Of a stretch of 64,000 bases of DNA, positions 20,433 to 30,643 are shown one piece after another. A model generated the notes under the pieces. The model was given only the letters and a program-made list of their open reading frames with translations. It made no database searches and had not been told where the DNA came from. The position numbers were made by a program, and so were the translations under genes. Position 1 is the stretch's first letter; each line of letters starts with the position of its first letter. The stretch lies in contig OZ242180.1 in NCBI GenBank assembly GCA_965205485.1, positions 3,712,001-3,776,000 on the forward strand. The letters are read 5' to 3'. This DNA comes from Candidatus Latescibacterota bacterium. GTDB lineage: Bacteria > Latescibacterota > UBA2968 > GCA-2709665.

Positions 20433-20594
20433 GAAGCTGTCTTAAAATTCCCAGCGGTCTTCGCGCGGCTGCAAAAGCGCCGGTCGGCGTTGGTCAAATC
20501 CACCCGTATAGACAAATATGGGCGGATTTTCCCGCCTTGACCGCCGCTTTTTCGCTCGCGCTCGGGAACTCACTGGTAATTCTAAAACAGCTTC
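20433..20594. mobile_element. MITE (family A), 162 bp
   Basis: TIRs GAAGCTGTCTTAAAATT / AATTCTAAAACAGCTTC, flanked by a TGA direct repeat (20430-32 and 20595-97). Confidence 0.85.
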
Positions 20595-20620
20595 TGAGCA
20601 GGGGATCGGAGGCCGCTGAC

Positions 20621-21082
20621 TTGAATCCGTGGACCCGGCTGCTTGCCACCGGCTTTTTCTCCGGATACGTACCGGTTGCGCCGGGTACGGCAGGCACGGC
20701 AGCCGCAATGGTTCCGTACCTGGTGGCCAGTTGGCTTGCACCGGGTTTCGGAGCGCTTCCGTGGGTCCTGTTTCTGGTCCTGGTTTCCGGGGTGGCGGTT
20801 TACGCCGCTTCCGCGGGAGAAGATGCCTGGGGCCCTGACCCCGGGCCGGTCGTTATTGACGAGTTTGTGGGATTTTACGTCACGGTAGCCTTCCTGCCGC
20901 TGTCACCTGCGGTGGGGGTTGCCGGATTTTTTATTTTCCGGGCACTGGATATCCTGAAGCCGCCGCCTGCGCGCGCGTCGGAAAAGCTGCCCCGCGGATG
21001 GGGCGTGGTGATGGACGATGTGATTGCGGGGATATACGGGAATCTTCTGATACGGGCCGGGCTGTCCCTGTGGAGCGGGTAA
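20621..21082 (+). CDS. pgpA: Phosphatidylglycerophosphatase A
   Basis: ATGFFSGYVPVAPGTAGT, DPGPVVIDEFVG, FRALDILKP, GVVMDDVIAG; TTG start after GGAGG. Confidence 0.93.
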   Translation: MNPWTRLLATGFFSGYVPVAPGTAGTAAAMVPYLVASWLAPGFGALPWVLFLVLVSGVAVYAASAGEDAWGPDPGPVVIDEFVGFYVTVAFLPLSPAVGVAGFFIFRALDILKPPPARASEKLPRGWGVVMDDVIAGIYGNLLIRAGLSLWSG

Positions 21083-21088
21083 CACCTC

Positions 21089-21658
21089 ATGGCGAAGCTT
21101 CGCGCATTCGTGGCCGTCGAACCTCCCGCGTCACTGGTCCCTGTCTATCAGGCCGCGAGGCGATTCCTTGCGGACCTGGACGCTCGGCTTAGATGGGTGC
21201 GGCCCGAGGGCGTGCATCTCACCCTCAAGTTTCTGGGAAACGTGCAAATTGCGTGCGTGCCGGTCATTCTGAAGGCGATGCGGGCGGTGGCCGGACAGGC
21301 GCCGCCGATGGCGTTGCGTACTTCGGGAGTGGGTGCGCCGAATCCGAATCGGGCGCGGGTGATCTGGCTGGAGGTGGGCGGGGAGACGGCGATTCTGGAC
21401 AGGCTGCAGGCCGACGTTGAGGAAGCCATGGTCGGGATCGGGTTCGAAAAGGAGGAACGGCGGTTCCATCCGCACCTGACCCTTGCCCGCGCAAGAAGCA
21501 GGGCGGTGCGGTTGCCTTCCGATTTGACCTCAGCTGTCCCGTCCACGCATTTTGTGGCGGACCGCATATCACTGTACAGCAGTGAGTTACGACCCGAAGG
21601 CGCCGTGTATAACGCGTTGGGCCACGCGCCGCTTTCCGGGGCGCCGGGCAGGGGTTGA
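21089..21658 (+). CDS. thpR: RNA 2',3'-cyclic phosphodiesterase (2H family)
   Basis: HLTLKFLG and HPHLTLAR motifs. Confidence 0.93.
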   Translation: MAKLRAFVAVEPPASLVPVYQAARRFLADLDARLRWVRPEGVHLTLKFLGNVQIACVPVILKAMRAVAGQAPPMALRTSGVGAPNPNRARVIWLEVGGETAILDRLQADVEEAMVGIGFEKEERRFHPHLTLARARSRAVRLPSDLTSAVPSTHFVADRISLYSSELRPEGAVYNALGHAPLSGAPGRG

Positions 21659-21710
21659 CCCGCCGGGGAGTCAGGGTGCCGCGGGATGGTCTTTTTCGAA
21701 CGGGCAGGGC

Positions 21711-21829
21711 TTGACTTCCCGCTGGACTGCGGATATATTATATTTTCGATCCGAATGCCCGCCCTGGTTTTTCTTCCTGCGGTTCGCGCAAAATACAGCC
21801 TTGATTAATATACAAATGTTCACTATATT
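21711..21829 (+). promoter_or_regulatory. Two sigma70-like promoters upstream of recA
   Basis: TTGACT-N17-TATATT (21711-21739) and TTGATT-N17-TATATT (21801-21829). Confidence 0.6.
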
Positions 21830-21927
21830 TTGTGACCACACACGTTGCGGCGCAGAGAATCGGGCTCCTCAAAGGCCGTGGGCTGCGCCGTGATCCAACA
21901 GGTCAATTCAGTCAGGAGGGGCAGGCA

Positions 21928-22968
21928 ATGGCGAAGTCCAGTGGCGCCGGCAAGGAAAAGGCCATCGATCTGGCCATTTCACAAATCGAGAAGCAGTTCG
22001 GGCAGGGTTCCATAATGCGGCTGGGCGGCGAAGAGGGCGGGCAGGTGGCCGTCGAAGTCATTCCAACCGGCGCTCTCGCACTGGACGTCGCCCTTGGTGC
22101 GGGTGGGGTCCCGCGGGGCCGGGTGGTCGAAATTTACGGTCCTGAAGGTTCCGGAAAGACCACACTGACCCTGCACGTCATCGCGGAAGCGCAAAGGAAG
22201 GGCGGAACCTGTGCCTTTGTCGATGCGGAGCATGCGCTCAATGTAGAACTTGCGGAACGGATCGGTGTCGATCTTGAGAACCTTCTCATCTCGCAGCCCG
22301 ATACCGGGGAGGAGGCCCTGGAAATCACCGACACGCTCGTGCGCAGCGGCGGGTTCGACGTGGTCGTGGTGGACTCCGTCGCGGCGCTCGTGCCGCGTGC
22401 GGAACTTGAGGGAGACATGGGCGATTCCCACGTGGGTTTGCAGGCGCGGCTGATGTCTCAGGCCCTGCGCAAGCTGTCCGGATCGATCAGCAGGTCCAAG
22501 ACATGCGTGATGTTCACCAACCAGATCAGGATGAAAATCGGTGTGATGTTCGGCAATCCGGAAACGACCTCGGGCGGAAACGCGCTTAAATTCTATGCGT
22601 CCGTACGCATGGATATCCGACGCATCGGCGCTATCAAGGATGGTCAGGAAGTCACGGGTAACCGGGTCCGGGTCCGGGTTGTCAAGAACAAGATGGCCGC
22701 GCCGTTCAAGGAGGCGGAGTTCGATCTGATGTTCGGCGAAGGCATCTCGAGAGAGGGCAGTCTTCTGGATATCGCCGAACTTCACGGCATTGTCAGCAAG
22801 AGCGGTACCTGGTTTTCCTATGGCAGCGATCGCCTGGGGCAGGGGCGGGAGAACGTAAAGAACCATCTGAAGGAACAACCGGAACTTGCCGAGGAAATCG
22901 AATCCCGGGTGCGTGAGGCCGTGGGTCTGGCGGACAACGGTGCGGCCAAGGCGGGCGACAGCGCCTGA
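21928..22968 (+). CDS. recA: Recombinase RecA
   Basis: [35 protein letters not shown]. Confidence 0.98.
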   Translation: MAKSSGAGKEKAIDLAISQIEKQFGQGSIMRLGGEEGGQVAVEVIPTGALALDVALGAGGVPRGRVVEIYGPEGSGKTTLTLHVIAEAQRKGGTCAFVDAEHALNVELAERIGVDLENLLISQPDTGEEALEITDTLVRSGGFDVVVVDSVAALVPRAELEGDMGDSHVGLQARLMSQALRKLSGSISRSKTCVMFTNQIRMKIGVMFGNPETTSGGNALKFYASVRMDIRRIGAIKDGQEVTGNRVRVRVVKNKMAAPFKEAEFDLMFGEGISREGSLLDIAELHGIVSKSGTWFSYGSDRLGQGRENVKNHLKEQPELAEEIESRVREAVGLADNGAAKAGDSA

Positions 22969-23079
22969 GCCGCATACCGGAGCGTACGCGGATGGCGTTG
23001 TACGTGACCTGCGCGGCGGAACGCCAGGGCTGCCCGGAAAGGCGGGGAGTTGGCATTTCCAGCCATCGAGGTGCCGCGG

Positions 23080-23610
23080 ATGAAACCGAAATCCAGTTCG
23101 CCGCCGCATCGCCCGAATACCGCCGAAAGGGCGAAGAACGCGGCGTTTCGACTTCTGAGCGCACGCGCGTATTCGTGCGAGGAGATTAGAGAAAGGTTGC
23201 GTCGCCGGGGGTTTCAGGAGCCCGTGGTCGAGCGGACCCTCGACGAGTTGCGGCGGCTGAAGCTGGTCGACGATCGGGACTACGCGCTTCGCTTCGTTCA
23301 GGAGCGTATGCGATCCCGGCCCGCGGGCCGGGCGCTGCTGCGTCACGACCTGAATAAGCGGGGAATCGACTCCGCTACGGCCGAGGACGTGCTGGACGAG
23401 GTGTTCAAGGGCGTCGATCCCGAAGGTGTCGCCCTGGATCTCCTGAGGTCGCGCAGGAGACACTACGACGGCGTCGACAGGCGCAAAGCGCTTTCCCGCA
23501 TGTACGGGTTCCTGGGGCGCCGCGGATTCGGCGCCGTGGCGCACGCGGCAGCGAAGCGGGCCTGGCTGGAATTCAGTCAAAGCGGTCACGACGGCGGAGC
23601 GGATTCCTAA
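23080..23610 (+). CDS. recX: Regulatory protein RecX
   Basis: AFRLLSARAYS..EIRERLRRRGF, LVDDRDYA, FLGRRGF; follows recA. Confidence 0.92.
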   Translation: MKPKSSSPPHRPNTAERAKNAAFRLLSARAYSCEEIRERLRRRGFQEPVVERTLDELRRLKLVDDRDYALRFVQERMRSRPAGRALLRHDLNKRGIDSATAEDVLDEVFKGVDPEGVALDLLRSRRRHYDGVDRRKALSRMYGFLGRRGFGAVAHAAAKRAWLEFSQSGHDGGADS

Positions 23611-23697
23611 GCCGGAACCGGCCGCATCCCGTGCAAAACCCGGTGCGGCGCCAGGCGCGGCGGTTCGCGTGTACCTTTGTCATTGCTATATCAATCC

Positions 23698-26319
23698 ATG
23701 AAATCTTCAGCCGACATCCGTGAAGAGTATCTTCGATACTTCGAAGACAGAGGCCACACGATCGTGCCGAGCGCGCCCGTGGCGCCGCAGGACGATGCCA
23801 CCCTGCTGTTTACAAATGCAGGGATGAATCAGTTCAAGGACGTGTTTCTGGGCACCGGCCGCCGGGATTACCGCCGGGCGGTGGATACCCAGAAATGCAT
23901 CCGCGTATCGGGGCATCACAACGACCTTGAAGAGGTGGGCTTCAGTGCGCAGCACCATACGTTCTTCGAAATGCTGGGCAACTGGTCGTTCGGAGACTAT
24001 TTCAAGCGGGAGGCCATCGCATGGGCCTGGGAACTGTTGACCGAGGTCTGGCAGTTGCCCAGGGAGCGACTCTGCGCCACGGTATTCGGCGGTGACGCCG
24101 GCGACGGACTGGCGGCGGACGAGGAGGCGGAAGCGCTCTGGACGGAGGTGACGGACCTCCCCGCCGAGCGGGTCATTCGGCTGGACAAGACGGACAACTT
24201 CTGGCAGATGGGCGAGACCGGTCCGTGCGGTCCGTGTTCGGAGGTGCACTACTATCTGGGTGACGATCCGGCTTCGTGGTTCCGCGAGGTTCCGGACCTT
24301 GACGGTCCCGAGACGTCGGAAATCTGGAATCTCGTCTTCATTCAGTTCAACCGGGATGCCGAAGGCGTTCTGCATCCACTTCCCGAAAAGCACGTGGATA
24401 CCGGCATGGGGTTCGAGCGCATCTGCACCGTACTCCAGGGGGTGGAATCCACCTACGATACCGATCTGTTTCAGCCTATTCTCACCAGGATCAGCGAGGT
24501 CACCGGGAAATCCTATGACGACGAAAACAGGGTGGCGATGCGCGTGATCGCCGACCACATCCGCACGCTCTGTTTTGCGGTTGCAGACGGCGTGCTGCCA
24601 TCCAACGAAGGGCGGGGGTACGTGCTGCGGCGTATCCTCAGGCGGGCGGCGCGTTACGGGCGCACGCTGGAGATGGACGATCCGTTCATTCACGGGCTGG
24701 TGCCCGTTGTTGTGCGCGTAATGGGGACTGTGTTTCCCGAGGTGACTCAGCAGGCTGACCACATCTCCCGGGTCATCCGGTCCGAGGAAGAAGGGTTCGG
24801 GAAAACGCTCGACCGGGGGCTTGAGATGTTCGAGGTCGTCTCCAGGGACGGAAGAATCTCCGGACAGGACGCGTTTCGCCTGTATGACACCTACGGTTTT
24901 CCAATCGACCTCACGCAGCTGATGTGCGCGGAGCGCGGGCTGGAGGTGGACCTGGACGGGTTTGAAGCGGAGATGGCCGCCCAGCAGGCGCGGTCGCGCG
25001 AGGCGGGGCGGAGGGTCTTCGCGTCCCGGGAGGCGGTGTCCAACGATTTTCTTCCTCCGGAACATTCCGTGTTCGTCGGATACGATCGCCTGACGCTCGA
25101 CACGTTCGTGGTGGCGTGCAGGGCGGCGGAGGACGGCAGGTTGGATGTGTACCTGAGAGAGACGCCGTTCTACGCCGAAGCCGGCGGGCAGGTGGGGGAT
25201 CGGGGACGGATTCAAAACGGAGATCTGGAGGTACTGGTCGACGAGACTTTCCGTTCTGGCGAGGGCATCGTGCACCGGGGGCGTCTGAGGCGGGGTTGCG
25301 CCGACGCGCTGGAGTGCGCACACGTGGAGGCGCGGGTTGACGCGGGGCGCCGGATGGAGACCGCCCGAAACCATACCGCGACTCATCTGCTTCACGAGGC
25401 CCTCCGCCAGGTACTCGGCAACCACGTGAATCAGGCCGGGTCGCTGGTCGCGCCGGACCGGCTGCGGTTCGACTTCAACCACTTCGAGGCCGTTACGCTT
25501 GCGCAGCAGGACGAGATCGTCCGTATTGTGAACCGGGTGATCCGCCGGGACCTCAGAGTGGATACCGATATGGTCGGTCTCGAAGAGGCGCGGCGTAACG
25601 GCGCCCGGATGTTGTTTTCCGAAAAATACGGCGACGTGGTGCGCACGGTGCGGATCGGGGACTTCAGCCTCGAGCTGTGCGGCGGTACCCACGTGGGATC
25701 GACGGGTCAGATCGGCATGCTCCAGCTGACGGCCGAGACGGGAACCGCCGCCGGCGTTCGGCGGATGGAGGCGGTCACCGGGGCGGGTGTCGAGGCCCTC
25801 ATCAGGAGACAACGGTCCACGCTTGCCGAACTGGAGAGTATGTTGAGCGTGGAGGCCGACGCATTGCCCGATCGCGTCAATCGGTTGATCTCCAGGGGCA
25901 GGGAACTCGAGCGGACGGTACAATCCATTCGCAGCGCATCGGCCGGGGAGCAGATGCGCGACGTGGCGGGCGCCGCGGTGGAGGTGGACGGGGTCCGGGT
26001 GGTGGCTACCGCCGTCCAGCCGGCGGACATGGAGGCATTTCGCGAAATGGGCGACCGGCTTCGTGAAACCCTGGGTTCGGGTGTGGGCGTGCTGGGCGCG
26101 GCGCTGAACGGCAAGGCCTCGCTGATCGCGGTGGTTACGGACGACCTCATCCAGCGGGGCGTACAGGCGGGCAATATCGTCAAGGCGGTGGCGGAACGGG
26201 TGGGCGGCGGCGGCGGCGGACGGCCCCATCTTGCACAGGCAGGGGGCAGACATCCCGAAAAGATGTCCGACGCGCTTGCCGAAGTCCCCGAGATCGTCCG
26301 GTTACAGTTGAAAGGGTAA
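23698..26319 (+). CDS. alaS: Alanine--tRNA ligase
   Basis: LLFTNAGMNQFK, HHTFFEMLGNWSFGDY, NHTATHLL, ELCGGTH, GGGGGRP. Confidence 0.98.
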   Translation: MKSSADIREEYLRYFEDRGHTIVPSAPVAPQDDATLLFTNAGMNQFKDVFLGTGRRDYRRAVDTQKCIRVSGHHNDLEEVGFSAQHHTFFEMLGNWSFGDYFKREAIAWAWELLTEVWQLPRERLCATVFGGDAGDGLAADEEAEALWTEVTDLPAERVIRLDKTDNFWQMGETGPCGPCSEVHYYLGDDPASWFREVPDLDGPETSEIWNLVFIQFNRDAEGVLHPLPEKHVDTGMGFERICTVLQGVESTYDTDLFQPILTRISEVTGKSYDDENRVAMRVIADHIRTLCFAVADGVLPSNEGRGYVLRRILRRAARYGRTLEMDDPFIHGLVPVVVRVMGTVFPEVTQQADHISRVIRSEEEGFGKTLDRGLEMFEVVSRDGRISGQDAFRLYDTYGFPIDLTQLMCAERGLEVDLDGFEAEMAAQQARSREAGRRVFASREAVSNDFLPPEHSVFVGYDRLTLDTFVVACRAAEDGRLDVYLRETPFYAEAGGQVGDRGRIQNGDLEVLVDETFRSGEGIVHRGRLRRGCADALECAHVEARVDAGRRMETARNHTATHLLHEALRQVLGNHVNQAGSLVAPDRLRFDFNHFEAVTLAQQDEIVRIVNRVIRRDLRVDTDMVGLEEARRNGARMLFSEKYGDVVRTVRIGDFSLELCGGTHVGSTGQIGMLQLTAETGTAAGVRRMEAVTGAGVEALIRRQRSTLAELESMLSVEADALPDRVNRLISRGRELERTVQSIRSASAGEQMRDVAGAAVEVDGVRVVATAVQPADMEAFREMGDRLRETLGSGVGVLGAALNGKASLIAVVTDDLIQRGVQAGNIVKAVAERVGGGGGGRPHLAQAGGRHPEKMSDALAEVPEIVRLQLKG

Positions 26320-26328
26320 TCTTCATCC

Positions 26329-27075
26329 ATGTCGACGTACGACCACCTCAAGTCAGTTCTTTCAAAGCGGGGCGCGGGGTTCCTCTGCCTCCTGGATCCC
26401 GATCGGATGGACAAGCAGGACCTGGTTCACACGGCAGCGATGTGCGAGGAGAACGGAGCTGACGCCCTGCTGATGGGCGGTAGTTTTCTGCTTTATACCG
26501 ATTTCGACAGGGTGGTACGGGAGGTCAAACGCGCCGTGGGGCTGCCCTTGCTGATTTTCCCCGGTCCCGACATGAACCAGGTCTCGTCCGCGGCTGACGC
26601 GATTCTGTTTCTTTGCATGATCAGCGGGCGAAATCCGGACCTGCTGATCGGGCAGCAGGTCAAGGCGGCCCCGATCGTCAAGGCGTATGGTCTCGAGACG
26701 ATTTCAACCGGTTACATGCTGGTGGATTCCGGGCGGCAGACCACGGTCGAATATATCAGCAATACCAAACCGATGCCCGGAGACAAGCCTGAGATTGCGG
26801 CGGCGCACGCGCTGGCTGCCCAGTACCTCGGCATGCAATGCGTCTATCTGGACGCGGGCAGCGGCGCCGATCGGATGGTTTCCGACGAAATGGTCGCTGC
26901 GGTTTCGGGAAACGTATCCATACCCGTGATAGCGGGAGGAGGCATTCGGAAGCCGCGGGATGCCGGCGCGAAGGCTGCGGCAGGCGCCGATTTTGTGGTG
27001 GTGGGCAGTATACTGGAAGCAAAACGGGACCCCGCGCTGGTACGTGAGTTTGCCGGGGCCGTCCACTGCGGGTAG
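26329..27075 (+). CDS. Geranylgeranylglyceryl phosphate synthase family (GGGPS/PcrB)
   Basis: LLDPD, MGGS, LIFPG, ISGRNP, YLDAGSGA and AGGGIR motifs. Confidence 0.92.
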   Translation: MSTYDHLKSVLSKRGAGFLCLLDPDRMDKQDLVHTAAMCEENGADALLMGGSFLLYTDFDRVVREVKRAVGLPLLIFPGPDMNQVSSAADAILFLCMISGRNPDLLIGQQVKAAPIVKAYGLETISTGYMLVDSGRQTTVEYISNTKPMPGDKPEIAAAHALAAQYLGMQCVYLDAGSGADRMVSDEMVAAVSGNVSIPVIAGGGIRKPRDAGAKAAAGADFVVVGSILEAKRDPALVREFAGAVHCG

Positions 27076-27203
27076 ACTTCTGCAGGCTGGAATACAGGTT
27101 CAACGCAACCGCCGGGAAGGACTCTGGCGGTTTTTGTTTCGTTCAGGGGCGTCGGGGTTCCGGCGAGTGACGACCAGGCGCGTGGGGAAAGGCCCGGCAG
27201 CGC

Positions 27204-27232
27204 TTGACACGATGACTGGATTTAGATAGATT
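27204..27232 (+). promoter_or_regulatory. sigma70-like promoter for ptsH
   Basis: TTGACA-N17-TAGATT. Confidence 0.6.
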
Positions 27233-27274
27233 GTTCACTTCCGGCATGGGCTATCATAACGGCACGAACAGGTT

Positions 27275-27535
27275 ATGGCTGAACGAGAAGCCACGGTGAA
27301 AAACAGGTTGGGTATCCATGCGCGGCCGTCGGCCCTTCTTGTGCAGGCGGCCGCAAAGTATGTATCGGAAATTACCCTGATCAAGGATGGGCTCGAGGTC
27401 AACGGCAAGAGTATCATGGGCGTTATGATGCTCGCGGCGGAGACGGATGCGAAAATTCGCGTCCGGGCGGCGGGTCCGGATGAAGAGGAAGCTCTGGACG
27501 AGATTGTGCGGATGATCGAGGGAGAGTTCGACTGA
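27275..27535 (+). CDS. ptsH: Phosphocarrier protein HPr
   Basis: GIHARPS (His15), NGKSIMGVMML (Ser46). Confidence 0.96.
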   Translation: MAEREATVKNRLGIHARPSALLVQAAAKYVSEITLIKDGLEVNGKSIMGVMMLAAETDAKIRVRAAGPDEEEALDEIVRMIEGEFD

Positions 27536-27551
27536 ACGGGCACATTGTTGC

Positions 27552-29351
27552 GTGCAAGGTCTCAGACCAATGAAAGTACTGAAGGGCATCCAGGCATCGA
27601 ACGGCATCGCCATCGGACCGGTGTATCTTCACGATCCTGAGGAGCCGTGGGTAGACTACCGGCGGATCGGGGAAGATGAAGTCGACGGCGAGGTGCGGAG
27701 GTTTCTGGATACGCTGGCCTCCGTGGCGGAAGACCTGAAGGCCACACGGGTTCTTGTCGAGGAGAAGCTGGGCCCGGACCACGCGCAGATATTCGACGCG
27801 CATCTGATGATTCTGGACGATGCGGCCCTGCGGGAGCCTACCCTCGCATCGATCCGGAAAGATCGGGTGAACGTGGAGTATGCGTTCTGGCTGACTCTCC
27901 AGAAGGTGCGCCGCCAATTCGACGCAATTCAGGACGACTACTTCAGGGCCAGGCGCGCGGATATCCTCGACGTGGAGAGGCGGGTGCTATCCAGATTGTG
28001 CCGGCGGGAGGACTCGTTGCTGGAACGGATGACCGCCCCTGCGATCGTGATCGCCCACGAGCTGACACCCTCCAATGCGGCGCGCCTGAAGCGGGACAGC
28101 GTGCTGGGCATGGTTACCGAAGCGGGCGCCGCGACTTCGCATGCGTCGATTATCGCGCGGGGGCTCGAAATTCCGGCGGTCGTGGGCGTCGAGGCGGCCC
28201 TGGCGTCGGCCGAGCCCGGCGATACGGCTATTGTGGACGGGAACCGGGGGCTTATCTGTATCCGGCCCGATCCGGACACGCTGAGCCGGTACCGCGCCGA
28301 AGCCCGCCGGTTCACCGAGTTGCAGAAGGGGCTGCTCAGGTTTACCGACGTGCCCGCCGAAACCCTTGACGGCGTTCGCGTGTGCCTGCAGGGCAATATA
28401 GAACTGCCTGAAGAGGGGCGGTCCGCGCTGGCGTACGGAGCGGAGGGCATCGGCCTGTTCCGGACGGAATACCTCTATCTCGCGGGGTCCAGCCTGCCGG
28501 GTGAAGACGAACAGACGGCTGCGTACACCCGTCTTGCCGAACAGATGGCGCCTCATCCGCTGGTGGTGCGAACGCTGGACCTGGGCGGCGACAAGCTGGC
28601 GCAGGCATCGCACGCCGCCGAAGAGACCAACCCGTTTCTGGGCTGGCGCGCCATACGGCATTCTCTGGCAAACAGAGATCTCTTCCGTATTCAACTGAGA
28701 TCTATCCTCCGGTCCAGCGCGTACGGAAACGTGAAGCTGATGTTCCCAATGATATCGGGCGTGGAGGAACTGCTGGAAGCCAAGTCCGTACTCGCGGAGG
28801 CCCGCGCCGAACTGAAACGGTCCGGCGTGCCGTTCGACGAGAACTGCGAGGTCGGCGCGGTCATCGAGGTGCCGTCCGCGGCAGTCGTAGCGGATCAGCT
28901 TGCGCGCGAAGTGAGTTTTTTCAGTATCGGGACCAACGATCTTGTCCAGTATACCCTCGCGGTGGATCGGGGCAACGAACGGGTGGCCTATCTGTACGAT
29001 CCGTATCATCCCGCCGTATTGCGACTGATCAAATCGGTTGTGGACGCCGGGCACCGTCACGACATTCCGGTCACGGTCTGCGGGGAAATGGCCGCCGACC
29101 CACACAGTTGCGTCCTGTTGATGGGCCTAGGGGTGGATGGATTCAGCGCGGGTCCGCGTATGGTTCCCGAGATCAAACAGGCGATCCGGACGGTCACCAT
29201 GGAAGAGGCGAGGGCGGTGGCGGAAGAAGCGCTCGCCCTCCCCACCCGGGGTGCCATTCGGGAATACCTGCACGGTGCCTTGACCCGGATGCAGGCTCCG
29301 CGCAAGGCGCCGGATGAATGGGTCGAGGAGCCGGCCGGGATTGAACGCTAA
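27552..29351 (+). CDS. ptsI: PTS enzyme I
   Basis: TSHASIIAR, GIGLFRTE, NPFLGWRAIR, SIGTNDLVQY, CGEMA; start may be 27570. Confidence 0.96.
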   Translation: MQGLRPMKVLKGIQASNGIAIGPVYLHDPEEPWVDYRRIGEDEVDGEVRRFLDTLASVAEDLKATRVLVEEKLGPDHAQIFDAHLMILDDAALREPTLASIRKDRVNVEYAFWLTLQKVRRQFDAIQDDYFRARRADILDVERRVLSRLCRREDSLLERMTAPAIVIAHELTPSNAARLKRDSVLGMVTEAGAATSHASIIARGLEIPAVVGVEAALASAEPGDTAIVDGNRGLICIRPDPDTLSRYRAEARRFTELQKGLLRFTDVPAETLDGVRVCLQGNIELPEEGRSALAYGAEGIGLFRTEYLYLAGSSLPGEDEQTAAYTRLAEQMAPHPLVVRTLDLGGDKLAQASHAAEETNPFLGWRAIRHSLANRDLFRIQLRSILRSSAYGNVKLMFPMISGVEELLEAKSVLAEARAELKRSGVPFDENCEVGAVIEVPSAAVVADQLAREVSFFSIGTNDLVQYTLAVDRGNERVAYLYDPYHPAVLRLIKSVVDAGHRHDIPVTVCGEMAADPHSCVLLMGLGVDGFSAGPRMVPEIKQAIRTVTMEEARAVAEEALALPTRGAIREYLHGALTRMQAPRKAPDEWVEEPAGIER

Positions 29352-29451
29352 CAGTCCGTTGAGAAAGTCGCTCTGCAGGCGAGGCCTTGCAGACGGCCTG
29401 GTTGGCCGAAGGAAGCACTACCTGAATTCCACGACAGGAAAAGAGGAATAA

Positions 29452-30621
29452 ATGCGGCGGCTTTTTACCTCGGAGTCGGTTTCGGAGGGGCACCCTGACA
29501 AAATCTGCGATCAGATTTCCGATGCGGTTTTGGATGCGATGCTTGCGGAAGACCCGCGGTCGCGCGTCGCGTGCGAGACGATGGTGACCACGGGCCAGGT
29601 GGTGGTATCGGGAGAGGTCACCACGCAGGCCCGGGTGAATATTCAGGAACTCGTGCGAAGCGTCATCCGGCGCATCGGGTACACGGATTCGGCGTACGGA
29701 TTCGACTACCGGTCCTGCGGCGTGCTGCTCGCACTCGACACGCAGTCGCCCGACATCTCCCAGGGGGTAACAGAGGGTGAAGGTCTGCATGAAGAGCAGG
29801 GCGCGGGCGACCAGGGTATGATGTTCGGCTATGCCTGCCGCGAGACCCCGGAGTTGATGCCAATGCCCATCATGCTGTCACACAAGCTGGTGATGGCCCT
29901 GGCGGAGCTCCGGCGCAGCGGCGCGCTTCCCTATCTGCGGCCCGACAGCAAGTCGCAGGTGACCGTGGAATACGAGGACGACAGACCGGTGCGTGTACAT
30001 ACGGTCGTGATCTCGACCCAACACGACCCCGACGTGGAACATGACCGCATCTGCAGCGACATGAAACAGCATGTCATACAGAAGGTTATTCCGGCGCGCT
30101 ATCTGGATGAGGACACGGTCTATCACATCAATCCGACCGGGCGATTCGTGGTCGGCGGTCCGCACGGCGACACGGGATTGACCGGACGCAAGATCATCGT
30201 GGATACGTACGGCGGCGTGGGGCGCCACGGCGGCGGGGCGTTTTCCGGAAAGGACCCCAGCAAGGTCGACCGGAGCGCGCACTATGCCGCGCGGTACGTC
30301 GCGAAGAACGTGGTGAAAGCCGGGCTCGCGAGCCGATGCGAGGTGCAGTTGGCCTATGCCATCGGCGTGGCAGAGCCGGTATCCATCTTCGTGGATACAT
30401 TCCGTACCGGCACGGTCAGCGATACGGATATTGCGGACCTGGTCCGCTCGCATTTCGAGTTGCGTCCGTCCGGCATCATCCGGGCCCTGAATCTTCTTCG
30501 TCCGGTGTACGAGCGCACCGCCGCCTACGGTCACTTCGGGCGGACGGAGGAAGGGTTTACCTGGGAACGAACGGACAAGGCGGAAGCCCTGAAGAAGGCC
30601 GCGGGGAAGGACAGGCCCTGA
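29452..30621 (+). CDS. metK: S-adenosylmethionine synthetase
   Basis: [28 protein letters not shown]. Confidence 0.98.
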   Translation: MRRLFTSESVSEGHPDKICDQISDAVLDAMLAEDPRSRVACETMVTTGQVVVSGEVTTQARVNIQELVRSVIRRIGYTDSAYGFDYRSCGVLLALDTQSPDISQGVTEGEGLHEEQGAGDQGMMFGYACRETPELMPMPIMLSHKLVMALAELRRSGALPYLRPDSKSQVTVEYEDDRPVRVHTVVISTQHDPDVEHDRICSDMKQHVIQKVIPARYLDEDTVYHINPTGRFVVGGPHGDTGLTGRKIIVDTYGGVGRHGGGAFSGKDPSKVDRSAHYAARYVAKNVVKAGLASRCEVQLAYAIGVAEPVSIFVDTFRTGTVSDTDIADLVRSHFELRPSGIIRALNLLRPVYERTAAYGHFGRTEEGFTWERTDKAEALKKAAGKDRP

Positions 30622-30643
30622 TGCGGACGGAGAGGAGACTGAA

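Noticed and set aside
20537..20620. N-terminal extension of PgpA in the ORF track
   Set aside because: It reads through the MITE; TTG 20621 has an RBS.
23707..26253. Long antisense ORFs (also 40340-42802, 21979-23589, 34360-36066, 2767-4257)
   Set aside because: Shadow frames of real high-GC genes with no recognisable motifs.
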